Shown: positions 1 to 10,403, counted from the stretch's first letter. The stretch is DNA of 64,000 bases from Nitrospira sp. (GCA_047150005.1 AP038806.1:2400001-2464000), one strand, 5' to 3'. Notes: generated by a model not told the origin, from the sequence alone. Numbers and translations are program-made.

Positions 1-416
1 ATCCATTTCGATATGGTGTTGCCTATCGATGCATACGACTCGACATGCTTGGGCTCGATGCCAAAAGCAGGATGTTGCTTGAGGGTATCGCCGACGGTCG
101 CCACTTCATGTGACAGGTCAAAGGTCTCATCACCGGCCAGCTTCGCCAGTGTCTGGAAATACAGAGAGACACGCTCGTGAATCTTGAGCAGCTCAGGGTA
201 GACTTCCTTGCGACCTTTGTCCGTGGCCTCTTCCTGCGCGAGGAGGTCGCCTGTGAGATAGGGACGCTCGCGGTCGGTTGTATCGCGAAACCTTGTCGTG
301 AGGTCGGTATAGGTGGAGAATTTTGCGGACTCTGTCGCGAAGTCGCGTACTTCTTTCAGATTCGCACAGGCGCTGAGAACGCCTGCGATCAGCAGGATGG
401 GGATGAGACGCTTCAT
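1..416 (-). CDS. Lipoprotein of unknown function (partial, runs off window start)
   Basis: Not in ORF track. Manual translation from ATG 416 gives MKRLIPILLIAGVLSAC-ANLKEVRDF..., a lipobox LSAC, with an AAGGAG RBS upstream; open to window edge. Confidence 0.8.
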   Translation of the reverse strand, partial: MKRLIPILLIAGVLSACANLKEVRDFATESAKFSTYTDLTTRFRDTTDRERPYLTGDLLAQEEATDKGRKEVYPELLKIHERVSLYFQTLAKLAGDETFDLSHEVATVGDTLKQHPAFGIEPKHVESYASIGNTISKW

Positions 417-475
417 GTGGACTCCTTCCTTTTCTCCATCCACGGTCACATTCACGCCGGACCAGGCGAGGAGAT

Positions 476-2020
476 TCACGTTGCAAGCCCAACCTTTCTG
501 AGGAACTCATTGGTAAAGACTTGTCTCACCTCCGGAGTCAGCAATTGTTCGCGGCTTTGTATCCACTTATCGAGGTTCGTTCCATACATGTTCTGCAAAC
601 GTGGTTTTGTCAGAAACTCATTGAACTTGCCCCAGTGCATCGTAAACGGGATGCCGTCTTGCTCAAGCTTGTTCCACACCTGTCTCGCGTAGTCCCACAT
701 CCTCGGGGTGTTGAGTCCGTCGACTTCGAGCACGCAGGTCGGATCAAATTTGGTAAATCCAATGAGCGCTTGCGTTCCTTTCACAAAACGCATGGTATAG
801 GTCATCGGGAGAATGGTCCCGAAATCTTTGTAGATATTGAACAGCACAGAAAGGGCATCGAGCGCCCTTGACAATGGAAGCCCCAAACCAGACACGAAAA
901 CCTTGCCTTTCACTATCTCGCCGCGGAAGAGATCGAGAAAGGTTCCTTTGACTTCATAGGGATCGAGGAAACTTCTCACCTGTGGATTCAGAACAGACTT
1001 CACGAACGGTTGGAGAGGATTGGGAATGGCGCCAAGGAGTGCCCCCATGACCTCCAGGCCTGACGCCCCGGGGCCCGGCTTATCGGCACCCCAGCTGGGC
1101 GGCTGATACGCGTCTGTATAAGGTTCTTCGAACATCAACGTGATGGATACCTCGTTCGGTGGAGTGCCTTCGTTCGGCAAAAAATGCACTTGGAAGTGAT
1201 AGAGCTGGGAGGCCGGCTTATTGTGCAAATCCTCAAACGGCCGGAGTTCGGAGAAGTCCAGGGAAGAAATAGCCTTCTTGAGTGGTTCGTCAAATGCATG
1301 CCATGAACGGAAGGCATGCAGAAGGAAACGCTCCCTCGCCTCGATCATTAATCCATGGATGATCCCAAAAGAGCCGAAGCTGACCAAGGCCGCGTTGAAC
1401 AACGTGTCGTCATTCTTCAGTTCTGCACCCAGCGCTGCAGCAAAGCTGGGCTCCACCACGGGATAGGATGCGCGCTGCAAATACACATGCTTGGAAGGTC
1501 CCGTAATGAGGTGTATGCCCACGACAAAGTCCTGCGTGGCTCCGAACTTGAACGCGGATCCGTGTGTGCCGGTGGACATGACGCCGGGCAATGTTTGCCC
1601 GTTGTTCGATCCCGAGGCTTTGAGAGACAACCCCTGGTCGAAGAGATAGCGATTGACCTGAGCGATCTCGTTGCCGGTTTCCACGAACCGCAGCTTGGTG
1701 GGATCACCCGCATAGGCCGGGGAGAGATGCCGGTCGGCCAGCGTGAATGCCAGGCTCAGATTCTTGGTGTTGATGAGCCTGTGCTCCGTCACTCCGACCT
1801 TGCTCAAGGACCAGGAACTGCCCATGGCGCGCAACGACTTTCCGGTCTGAATGGCCTCGGCGATCATGTCTTGAAGTTCTTTGGTGACTCCGTTGTATAT
1901 CTCCAATTCGTCACCATCCGGCGATTGGGAGAAATTGTAATATCCTTCAATGGTCTGTTCATACGACTGGTGACGGTTGACCCAAGAACCCTTTTGGAGA
2001 AAATTCGCTCTCTTCGCCAT
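476..2020 (-). CDS. FAD-linked oxidoreductase (VAO/PCMH FAD_binding_4, aldonolactone oxidase-like)
   Basis: LRAMGSSWS, GQTLPGVMSTGTHGS, LVSFGSFGII and C-terminal HWGK motifs; AGGAG RBS. Confidence 0.85.
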   Translation of the reverse strand: MAKRANFLQKGSWVNRHQSYEQTIEGYYNFSQSPDGDELEIYNGVTKELQDMIAEAIQTGKSLRAMGSSWSLSKVGVTEHRLINTKNLSLAFTLADRHLSPAYAGDPTKLRFVETGNEIAQVNRYLFDQGLSLKASGSNNGQTLPGVMSTGTHGSAFKFGATQDFVVGIHLITGPSKHVYLQRASYPVVEPSFAAALGAELKNDDTLFNAALVSFGSFGIIHGLMIEARERFLLHAFRSWHAFDEPLKKAISSLDFSELRPFEDLHNKPASQLYHFQVHFLPNEGTPPNEVSITLMFEEPYTDAYQPPSWGADKPGPGASGLEVMGALLGAIPNPLQPFVKSVLNPQVRSFLDPYEVKGTFLDLFRGEIVKGKVFVSGLGLPLSRALDALSVLFNIYKDFGTILPMTYTMRFVKGTQALIGFTKFDPTCVLEVDGLNTPRMWDYARQVWNKLEQDGIPFTMHWGKFNEFLTKPRLQNMYGTNLDKWIQSREQLLTPEVRQVFTNEFLRKVGLAT

Positions 2021-2065
2021 GACCTTCTCCTTATGATTAGGAGGTGTGTGGAGTCCGGATCTTCC

Positions 2066-2419
2066 TTATCGGATAACACCCGGACGGGGGCGTTCCGACG
2101 CGCAGCGAAAGTTCACCTCGATCGGCATCCAGATTCCAAAGGTGAACACGCTGGCCAGGTCATGGAGATAGTTGCGTTTGATGACCACATCGTTGATAGT
2201 TTCTCGCCCACAATCGGCCTCCAAGACTTGTGGGTCATACCACTTCCCCCAGGCCAACGCATAGACGGTCCTGCCTTTGTAATTGATGTCACTTGGGTGG
2301 GAATCAGGGACTGTGACGTGATAGTCGGCGCAGCCTTGGACAGAAGCCAAGCCAGCCACAAGAAGGAGAACAGGACACACCTGCCTCAGAAATCCAATGG
2401 CGGAGCTGCGGTTCTTCAT
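2066..2419 (-). CDS. Bor/Iss-like small lipoprotein
   Basis: Start reassigned to ATG 2419 (GGAGGA RBS). Lipobox VQGC; C-terminal FTFGIWMPIEVNFRC resembles lambda Bor ITLGIYTPLEARVYC. Confidence 0.7.
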   Translation of the reverse strand: MKNRSSAIGFLRQVCPVLLLVAGLASVQGCADYHVTVPDSHPSDINYKGRTVYALAWGKWYDPQVLEADCGRETINDVVIKRNYLHDLASVFTFGIWMPIEVNFRCASERPRPGVIR

Positions 2420-2949
2420 CGTCTGTCCTCCGGCTAAATTGTTGTGGATAGGGCGGTGGCACTCTCCCTTACGACAAAAGGAATAGAAAATCTGCCCTAC
2501 GAAGGAATGAAGTGAAGAAGGACTAGGGAAACCTCTAGTCCACGGCTCCATCCGGAAGAGACTCCATCTCGGAGTCGAAAGTCTTCATAAGTAAGAATAA
2601 GTACGGCTGAAATAAATAGTGGAATTATTTGTGTCACACGTACATCCAGCCCTATGGTCCGGTTTATTCGGCAACAGAGTGCGAGTTGACTGGATGGCGA
2701 GAGATCGGCCCCTCACATGTGGAAGTCCGGAGTGTCATCGATAGCCGATAGCCGCGGGTGGATCATTTTGGCCTACTCTATTGAACCGATATTGATCCAC
2801 GCACATTGATCCACGACACCTACCTTGAAGATCTCTTTGGAGCCCGATTATCGAGAAAGTATTTGGTAATTCGAGCCCATGCATACAGGAAACGCTTCCG
2901 CAAATCTCATGAATCCGGATGGTACGCAATCTGCTTCCACAGTCGGACG

Positions 2950-3771
2950 ATGGAACGCCAATTTGATCCTGGTTATGGCCAGGAGCCCTTCAAGAGTCTC
3001 TGCGAACACTATCCGGCTGACGCCGTGTATCCCGCTGATGACTTTCGTCTGGAGTGGGGTCCTATCTTTCATCGGGGCAGGCTGGATGGATCCGCTCGGG
3101 TCCTGCTGATTGGACAGGACCCGGCGCAGAATGAAACGATCGTTCGTCGAATTCTTGTCGGTGAAGCGGGACAGCGCATTCAAGGATTTGTGGCAAAATT
3201 GGGAATCGATAGAAGCTATGTCATGATCAACACCTTCTTGTACAGCGTCTATGGAAGTGTCAGTGCAAAGAACAGGAAAACGCCGGCGCTCATTGAGTAT
3301 CGACATCGGTGGCTGAACGCGCTGATTGTCGGGCAGCAGATCGAAGCGGTGGTTGCTCTTGGCACCTTGGCGGATGAGGCCTGGAAGATATGGGCTGCCA
3401 CACCCGAGGGGCAAGGCGTCACGATGACCTACGTGCCCATCACCCATCCAACCCAGCCGGAGAGTTCATCGAAAGGTGATAAAGAGAAGTTGCGCACAGC
3501 GACCAAGACGATGCTGAAGAAATGGAACGAAGCCCTGCAAACCCTCCATCCGGCCATCACGCATCCGGACAGCGTGAAACCGCTCCAACTCTATGCTGAG
3601 ACGTGGCAGCCGGGGGACAAAGTCATGATTCCAGAAAGCGATTTTCCGCCAGGCCTTCCTTCGTGGATGCGGGAGCAAGATAACTGGGCCAGACGTGTGG
3701 GGGCGGATGTGAACGCCAAACGGCGCAACATCACAATAACGGTGCCGAAGGGAATCGTACCGAAGTTATGA
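2950..3771 (+). CDS. Uracil-DNA glycosylase superfamily protein
   Basis: Motif 1 VLLIGQDPA, then GEAGQRI, YVMIN, VVALG and motif 2 ITHPT; probable start ATG 2950. Confidence 0.75.
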   Translation: MERQFDPGYGQEPFKSLCEHYPADAVYPADDFRLEWGPIFHRGRLDGSARVLLIGQDPAQNETIVRRILVGEAGQRIQGFVAKLGIDRSYVMINTFLYSVYGSVSAKNRKTPALIEYRHRWLNALIVGQQIEAVVALGTLADEAWKIWAATPEGQGVTMTYVPITHPTQPESSSKGDKEKLRTATKTMLKKWNEALQTLHPAITHPDSVKPLQLYAETWQPGDKVMIPESDFPPGLPSWMREQDNWARRVGADVNAKRRNITITVPKGIVPKL

Positions 3772-3795
3772 GCCGTCCAGACGAAGGAGGCATCT

Positions 3796-5472
3796 ATGCC
3801 GAGCGGTCGGCCACGGACGGGTCGTGGTGAGCCTATCGACCCGTTGACGGGTCCCAAGCTCGCGTTGAGTGGCCGCCTCGTGCTGATGGATGACGCGTTC
3901 CGGGTGATTCCCCACGGAACGGTCTATATCGATCGAGGCACTATTGTCGCAGTGACTGAATCGGGGGCGCCTCGTCCGGCCGGATTTGAGACCGTGACCG
4001 TTGTGGACGTCGGCGGGACGATCTTTCCGGGCCTGATCGAACTGCACAATCACCTCGCGTACAATGCTCTCCGACTGTGGCAAGTGCCCAAGAAATACAG
4101 TAATCGCGATCAGTGGTCGGGTACACCCCTTTATCGAAAGCTGATCAGCGGACCGATGAAGATCATCGGAACAACTCCGGAACTGGTGCCGGCATTAATT
4201 CGCTATGTGGAATGCAAAAGTTTGCTCGGCGGCGTGACGACAAGCCAGGGGATTCAATTGTTCAGTCATGCCGGGATTCGGCGCTACTACCGCGGCATCG
4301 TGCGGAACGTCGAACAGACGAACGAACACGCATTGCCGAATGCTGATACCCGCGTGGATGACGTTGATGCCAAAGACGCGAAGCGGTTCTTGAGGCGACT
4401 TGAGAAAGCGACGTGCTTTCTCCTGCATCTCAGCGAGGGGATAGACGAGCGTGCTCGAAAGCATTTTCTTGCCTTGCAGATTGCGGACGATCAATGGGCG
4501 ATCGGAACGCAACTCGCTGGAATCCACTGTGCCGGATTGTTAGCGGAGGATTTCAACGTCTTGGGAAGCGGGCAAGGGGCGATGGTGTGGTCGCCCTTGA
4601 GTAACCTGCTCTTGTACGGTCAAACAGCCGATGTCAAAGCTGCCAAGAAGGCCGGAGTACGGTTCGGAATTGGTTCAGACTGGGCACCCTCGGGGAGCAA
4701 GAATCTCTTGGGAGAACTCAAGGTTGCCCGGTTGGTCAGCCAAGAGATGGACAACGTGTTCAGCGATCGAGACATTGTTGCTATGGCGACTCGCCAGGCC
4801 GCTTCGATCTTACAGTGGGATCAGGTTCTTGGATCACTGGAACCTGGCAAACGCGGCGATCTTATTGTGATCGCCAAGGAGTCAGGCGACCCGTATGAGC
4901 ATCTCTTGGAGGCAATGGAGACCTCGGTTCGGCTCGTGATGATCAACGGCGTGGCGCGGTACGGCCTGCCCAGCCTCATGCAGCGGCTAAGCGCCGCTGG
5001 TGAAAGCATTCGAGTCGGCAGGAGTAAGAGGACGGTGTTCCTGCAGCAGGACACCGCCGATCCGACCGTCACGGCTCTGACGCTAAACGATGCGACCAAA
5101 ATGCTGCAAGAAGCACTACACGAATTGCCGGAGTTGGCCGCCGAATTGGAAGGGTCCCCCGCCCGTCCTCGGGCGAGATTGTCCGCCATCGTCAGGGGAA
5201 TGTCGGAGGCTCAAGAGTGGACGCTCGCACTGGATGAGCTTGATGATTCAGGTGTTGATCTTCGTCCTCGGCTACCGATGCGCGGCGAGAGGGAATTGAC
5301 AGGGGCCGTTCGAGGATTGGATCGCGCGGCCGTGCCGCTGTCACAAGTCGTCGAGCCGCTCGTCTTGGATCCGCTGACGGTCGCTGACGATCCCGCGTTC
5401 CTGAAAAGTATTGAGGCACAACCGAACCTTCCGGACTATGTCAAGGCCGGTCTGAAACGCGCGTACGGATAG
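3796..5472 (+). CDS. Metal-dependent amidohydrolase (deaminase-like TIM barrel) with C-terminal extension
   Basis: PGLIELHNH (HxH), LHLSEG, IHC, GIGSDW, GSLEPGKRGDL; AGGAGG RBS. Confidence 0.85.
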   Translation: MPSGRPRTGRGEPIDPLTGPKLALSGRLVLMDDAFRVIPHGTVYIDRGTIVAVTESGAPRPAGFETVTVVDVGGTIFPGLIELHNHLAYNALRLWQVPKKYSNRDQWSGTPLYRKLISGPMKIIGTTPELVPALIRYVECKSLLGGVTTSQGIQLFSHAGIRRYYRGIVRNVEQTNEHALPNADTRVDDVDAKDAKRFLRRLEKATCFLLHLSEGIDERARKHFLALQIADDQWAIGTQLAGIHCAGLLAEDFNVLGSGQGAMVWSPLSNLLLYGQTADVKAAKKAGVRFGIGSDWAPSGSKNLLGELKVARLVSQEMDNVFSDRDIVAMATRQAASILQWDQVLGSLEPGKRGDLIVIAKESGDPYEHLLEAMETSVRLVMINGVARYGLPSLMQRLSAAGESIRVGRSKRTVFLQQDTADPTVTALTLNDATKMLQEALHELPELAAELEGSPARPRARLSAIVRGMSEAQEWTLALDELDDSGVDLRPRLPMRGERELTGAVRGLDRAAVPLSQVVEPLVLDPLTVADDPAFLKSIEAQPNLPDYVKAGLKRAYG

Positions 5473-5503
5473 GATTATCTCTTTGTATAGACAGGAGGAT
5501 ACC

Positions 5504-7807
5504 ATGGCAACGCCCTTTGTCGGCCAGACATTTAGCTTCACTCAGCCCGATGGCACGGCGCTGCAAGTGCGCGGGTGGGGCGATCAGCACTACGCGGTCT
5601 TCGAGACAGTGGATGGCTACACGGTCACGAAAAATCCACAGACCGGTTATTGGGAGGTGGCGCAGCTCTCGGCGGATAGGACCAGGTTGGAACCGCTGCG
5701 CGATGCACGTTCCAGTCCCGGCGAAGGCCGCAGCCGCGTCGGTCGAGGGTTGCGTATTGAAGCGGCCAGCGCGAGAGAGGCGGGGTTGGCGGGGGCCCGG
5801 CGCTTCGGAGGCCGGCGTTGCGATCAGCGGCGTCGAGAGCGAAAAGATCTCATGCGTGCGATGCGTATGATCGTCGCAAGGGGCGGCCCCGCGTTCGCTC
5901 CCCCGCAACGCACGACGGTCGGCGACTATGTCGGGCTCTGCCTGCTGATCGATTTTTCCGACGCGCCGGCGTCCATCGCGCGTGAAGAAGTCGAGCGATT
6001 CTGTAATCAGGTCGGCTACAGCGGCTTCGGCAACAATGGATCGGTGCACGACTACTTTGTCGACAACTCCCTCGGTGAGCTGAACTATACCAATCTGGTC
6101 GCCCCCTATTATCGGGCACAGCACCCGAAGACCTACTACACTGATCCTACGATTGAAATGGGGGTCCGGGCACGCGAGTTGATTCGGGAGGCGCTTACCC
6201 ATTGGAAAGCCAATGGATTCGACTTTTCCCCGCTGACGGTGGATGAGACCGGCCAAGTCTATGCGATGAACGTGTTCTATGCGGGGCCTGTGGTCAACAA
6301 CTGGAGCGAAGGGCTGTGGCCTCACGCGTGGATGATGGGCACGGAAGTCCCGCTTATGCCTGGGAAAGCGGCGTTCGACTATCAGTTCACCGCGATGGGG
6401 CATGAATTGGTCCTGGGGACGTTTTGCCATGAGAACGGCCATATGCTGTGCGACTATCCCGATCTGTACGATTATGGGAATGAATCCGCCGGTGTGGGCA
6501 TGTTTTGCTTGATGTGTGCCGGCAACCATGCCGACCCCAAAAATCCGGTGAACATCAGCGCGTACCTCAAACGCTTATCGGGATGGGCGGGAAGCGTCAT
6601 CAACCTGGAGCATGGCGCTACGGTCAGCCTGAACGCGGCACAAAACGAGTTCGCGATGTTTGCGAAAGGCAACAGCGAGTACTTCCTCATTGAAAATCGA
6701 GCGAAAACAGGCCGCGATCGTGCGTTGCCCGATGCGGGTTTGGCGATTTGGCATATTGACGAGCAGGGCGACAATAGCAATGAGCACATGAGCGCCGGCA
6801 GCCACTATGAGTTGTCCTTGGAGCAGGCGGATGGTCTCTTCGAACTCGAGCGTTCGCGCACTGAAATGGGAGACGTGAATGATCTGTATGTCGGCGCCGC
6901 CGCTCGCTTTGCCGACGACACGGTGCCGAGCAGCAAATGGTGGGACGGCACGGCATCGTACCTTGCTATCGACAATGTGTCAGCGGCCACTGCCACCATG
7001 AATTTCCGCTGCATGTTCTCCAATGTCGGAACCCCGCCGGTCACCGGCACCATACGTCGTGAGTCGGCGCCGAACCGCGGCATTCCCGACAATCACGCGA
7101 GCGGTATCACCGACACCATACAAGTGAACGATGTGGCCACGATTGCGGATCTCAAGGTAGGGGTGGATATCACGCACACCTATCGCGGCGATCTCGAAGT
7201 GACCTTGCTGGCCCCGTGGGGGGCGTCGATCGTCTTGCACCCGAAGAACGAGGGTGGAGGCGCGGATGATCTGAAAATGACCTACGACCCGAGCACGCTC
7301 CCTCCGTTGGCGGGATGGCGAAGTCGAAGCACTCAAGGCGTCTGGACCTTGCGGGTCAGGGATCTCGCTTCCAAAGACCTCGGCACGTTAAACCGTTGGT
7401 CCTTAGAATTCACCGCTGGTACTGCGATCGCAGGACCGATTGTCATGCAGGAATCACCAGGGACAGTCATCCCGGACAATCAGCCTGCCGGAATCGAGCG
7501 CACGTTGGTCACGACAGCGTCGGGCAGCGCCGGCGATATCGAAGTCGCAGTCGACATCGGCCACACCTATATAGGAGATCTACGGGTCAGCCTCGTGGCT
7601 CCTTCCGGTACGGAAGTCCTGCTCCACAACCTGACAGGAGGACAAGCCAAGAATATCATCAAGACGTACACACGTGCGACGACGCCGGATCTCGGAGGTC
7701 TCATCGGCAAGCCGATCGCCGGAGATTGGCGCCTGCGGGTGTCGGACCGTGCGGCTGAAGATATCGGCAAGCTCAACATGTGGAAGGTCACGATTCAAGC
7801 GGCATGA
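5504..7807 (+). CDS. M6 (immune inhibitor A-like) zinc metalloprotease with two C-terminal proprotein-convertase P domains
   Basis: FCHENGHMLCDYPDLYD (HExxH...PDLYD), EYFLIENR, GLAIWHIDE; two IPDN...H-T-Y-x-GDL...G-W-L-V-D repeats; AGGAGG RBS before ATG 5504; no signal peptide evident. Confidence 0.9.
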   Translation: MATPFVGQTFSFTQPDGTALQVRGWGDQHYAVFETVDGYTVTKNPQTGYWEVAQLSADRTRLEPLRDARSSPGEGRSRVGRGLRIEAASAREAGLAGARRFGGRRCDQRRRERKDLMRAMRMIVARGGPAFAPPQRTTVGDYVGLCLLIDFSDAPASIAREEVERFCNQVGYSGFGNNGSVHDYFVDNSLGELNYTNLVAPYYRAQHPKTYYTDPTIEMGVRARELIREALTHWKANGFDFSPLTVDETGQVYAMNVFYAGPVVNNWSEGLWPHAWMMGTEVPLMPGKAAFDYQFTAMGHELVLGTFCHENGHMLCDYPDLYDYGNESAGVGMFCLMCAGNHADPKNPVNISAYLKRLSGWAGSVINLEHGATVSLNAAQNEFAMFAKGNSEYFLIENRAKTGRDRALPDAGLAIWHIDEQGDNSNEHMSAGSHYELSLEQADGLFELERSRTEMGDVNDLYVGAAARFADDTVPSSKWWDGTASYLAIDNVSAATATMNFRCMFSNVGTPPVTGTIRRESAPNRGIPDNHASGITDTIQVNDVATIADLKVGVDITHTYRGDLEVTLLAPWGASIVLHPKNEGGGADDLKMTYDPSTLPPLAGWRSRSTQGVWTLRVRDLASKDLGTLNRWSLEFTAGTAIAGPIVMQESPGTVIPDNQPAGIERTLVTTASGSAGDIEVAVDIGHTYIGDLRVSLVAPSGTEVLLHNLTGGQAKNIIKTYTRATTPDLGGLIGKPIAGDWRLRVSDRAAEDIGKLNMWKVTIQAA

Positions 7808-7928
7808 CGTGAACGCGCGTCCTGCGACGTCAGCATGGCGATGAGTGGTTATGCGGCGCATCGACGTGGATCACCTTCCATGCCGAGCCGAAGCACCGGC
7901 TCGAACTGAAGCCCAAGGGAGATCTATC

Positions 7929-8776
7929 ATGCCGTCACGCATGCCATCACGTCATCGAAGATCCACGTCGAGTCACCGCACGGCGAAGAGTGCTGGTCCG
8001 ACCTATCCTGGGTACTCCATCACCGTCGGCGTGAAAGATAGCGCTTCGGTGCGGACGGTGCAGCAACGGCTGAATGAAGTCGGATGCGGGCCGCTGTCTG
8101 CAATGGTAACTTCGATCGCGTGACACGGGCCGCCGTTCAACTCTTTCAAGCGCGTGCCGTAGATGGCCAAGGCCAGGCGCTGAAGGTGGACGGTGTGGTC
8201 GGTCCTCTCACCTGGACTGCGTTGTTCGGCGAACAGACGCGTCCTACTATCACTGGCCAGCCTGTATCGGTGTTGGTACAAGCATGCCTCAGTGCCGCTG
8301 CCTCCCAAGTCGGGGTCATGGAAGACCCTCCCGGATCAAATCGTGGCCCCCAGGTCGATCAATATCTCCGGTCGGTCGGCGTGAACCCCTCGGCCGGCAG
8401 CTATCCCTGGTGTGCGGCCTTTGTGTATTGGTCGTTCGAAAGAGCAGCAGCCCGAGTGGGAACCGCCAATCCCGTGGTTCGCACGGCGGGCGTACTCAAT
8501 CATTGGAACAAGGCCGGTGAGTCAGGCGCCAGGCGGATACTGCCGGAGGAGCTGCTTGACGATTTCTCGCTTCTGAAACCCGGGCTCATCTTTGTCATGA
8601 GCACGGGAGGAGGAAAGGGTCATACGGGCTTGGTCGAGGATTATCGTGATGACCGGCTGATCACGATCGAAGGCAACACGAATCTCCCCGGTGATCGGGA
8701 AGGGGTTGGCGTCTTCCGGCGAACCGGCCGGAAGATTTCGGACATCAACAAAGGCTTCATCAGCTATGACGCGTAA
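7929..8776 (+). pseudogene. Peptidoglycan-binding + CHAP amidase, split by a frameshift near 8096
   Basis: VQQRLNEVGCGPL (frame of 7845 ORF) continues as NGNFDRVTRAAVQLFQ...VDGVVGPLTW (frame of 8084 ORF), one PG_binding_1 domain; CHAP motifs PWCAAFV, GHTG, TIEGNT. Could be a sequencing error. Confidence 0.7.
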
Positions 8777-8787
8777 GGCTGTGTGCC

Positions 8788-9063
8788 GGAAATCTCGCGC
8801 TTGTGATCAGTGCGACGATTACCGTCCTGGCAGGACTCGCAAGCTTCTGGGATATCGAAACATATTGGTTGCGCAAGAGGCTGAGGCTCGCCCAGCTTGA
8901 GGCCTTAAGAGAAGAATACGTAATGTTGAAGCTCATGGGGAAGCACGGCCATGCAGAACTCGACAGCCTCATCAATCGATATCTCTCTATCGTAAATACA
9001 GCGCCAAGCTGGGCGGACACGCCCGCAAAGAAGAAGCCTGAACAACCTCAAGACAGCACGTAA
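8788..9063 (+). pseudogene. N-terminally truncated SLATT/DUF4231-like fragment
   Basis: GNLALVISATITVLAGLASFWDIETYWLRKRLRLAQLEALREEY resembles the second TM helix and W..R...LE.L..E helix of SLATT; first helix missing, in-frame stop at 8767. Confidence 0.4.
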
Positions 9064-9467
9064 ATTAAATACAAGCTCCTCCGCTCAGTCACTGGTTGAG
9101 CCGCAGACACGACATGGCGAGTGCACATTGGTCGAGGCTGCCGTAGTCGGTCGGCACTGGAGACAATCGTGTCGCACGAGTAGAACATCTTCATGACTCC
9201 ACCCGGCCTTGCCCAAAGGAGGCTACTACCATCTCTTACCTGTATCAGTATTGATCCACATTCGGTCTGTTTAGATTCACCATGCGATCTCAGAATACTA
9301 CTTATGCAAGAGTTTTCAGTCGGTTAGGTGAGCATCCTAAGCGGTTAGAATTTTGCACCATTCCACATGCCGTCCGTCGTCACTAACACGGTCTCACAGT
9401 CCGATTGCTCTAAATCAATGTAGTCAGACTATTTTGACCTCCATTAGACCTACTAGAGGTACCGGAA

Positions 9468-10400
9468 TTGGTTGGGGAGAGCTCTCAAATCACGGCAATC
9501 CGGAATTACCTCCATCAGGTGGCCGGGTCCAACGCCCATGTGCTGATTACCGGAGAAACGGGAACCGGAAAGGATTTGGCCGCTGAACTCCTTCACGCGA
9601 GTAGTCCACGCTTCAAGAACCCATTTGTCAGTTTCAATTGTGCAGCTATTCCGGATTCACTTCTGGAAAGCGAATTGTTCGGTCATGAGAAGGGCGCGTT
9701 TACGGGAGCCGATATCAAGCGCCAAGGACTGTTTGCGGCGACAAACGGAGGTACGGTCTTTCTCGACGAAATCGGAGAAATGCCACTCCGCGCGCAATCC
9801 AAGATTCTCCGCGTGCTTGATTGCAGACAGATTCAGCGCATCGGTTCGGCGCGTTCGTATCCTGTCGACGTCCGAATTATAGCGGCTACCAATCAGAACC
9901 TCGAGGAACTGGTTGCGGAGGGCCACTTTCGGAAAGACCTTTACTACCGACTCAATGTTGCCAGGGTTCATCTGCCCCCGCTTCGCGAGCGGAGAGATGA
10001 TATTCCCCACCTGATAGGCCATTTTCTTCACCTGTTCAATGAGCAGATGGACAAACACGTTGTCGGCTTGGAAGGAGATGTGCACGATTGTCTTCTGGAA
10101 TACGAATGGCCGGGGAACGTGAGGGAGCTGAAGAATCTCCTGGAGGCGACCTTTCTCACCATTCAAGCTTCAATGATCGGATTCCTGGACCTCCCTGCGG
10201 ACTATCAGAAGAAGTTCTTACAGATGCGGAACGCTCCGTTCGTGGAGCGAGAGAACTTGCTTTCGATGCTCCTTGCAACCAATTGGAACAAGACCAAAGC
10301 GGCGAAGCAGCTTCATTGGTCGAGAATGACGGTGTATCGCAAGATGGCCAAGTACAGCCTCAGTCCATCGTCCATCACAATGCCCAGAACAAGAGCCTAG
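9468..10400 (+). CDS. Sigma-54-dependent enhancer-binding protein (AAA+ plus Fis HTH), no N-terminal sensory domain
   Basis: [71 protein letters not shown]; in-frame stop at 9435. Confidence 0.9.
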   Translation: MVGESSQITAIRNYLHQVAGSNAHVLITGETGTGKDLAAELLHASSPRFKNPFVSFNCAAIPDSLLESELFGHEKGAFTGADIKRQGLFAATNGGTVFLDEIGEMPLRAQSKILRVLDCRQIQRIGSARSYPVDVRIIAATNQNLEELVAEGHFRKDLYYRLNVARVHLPPLRERRDDIPHLIGHFLHLFNEQMDKHVVGLEGDVHDCLLEYEWPGNVRELKNLLEATFLTIQASMIGFLDLPADYQKKFLQMRNAPFVERENLLSMLLATNWNKTKAAKQLHWSRMTVYRKMAKYSLSPSSITMPRTRA

Positions 10401-10403
10401 AGC

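Noticed and set aside
2520..2576. Two short hairpins upstream of the Bor-like gene as a riboswitch
   Set aside because: Stems are only 6-7 bp and match no aptamer I recognise.
2703..2711. GATCGGCCC shared with 23000-23008 downstream of TGTCACA
   Set aside because: A GC-rich 9-mer with inconsistent spacing, compatible with chance.
5441..6529. Long antisense ORFs (also 1355-2437, 53926-54690, 55361-56860)
   Set aside because: Shadow frames of well-supported genes in GC-rich DNA, with no motifs.
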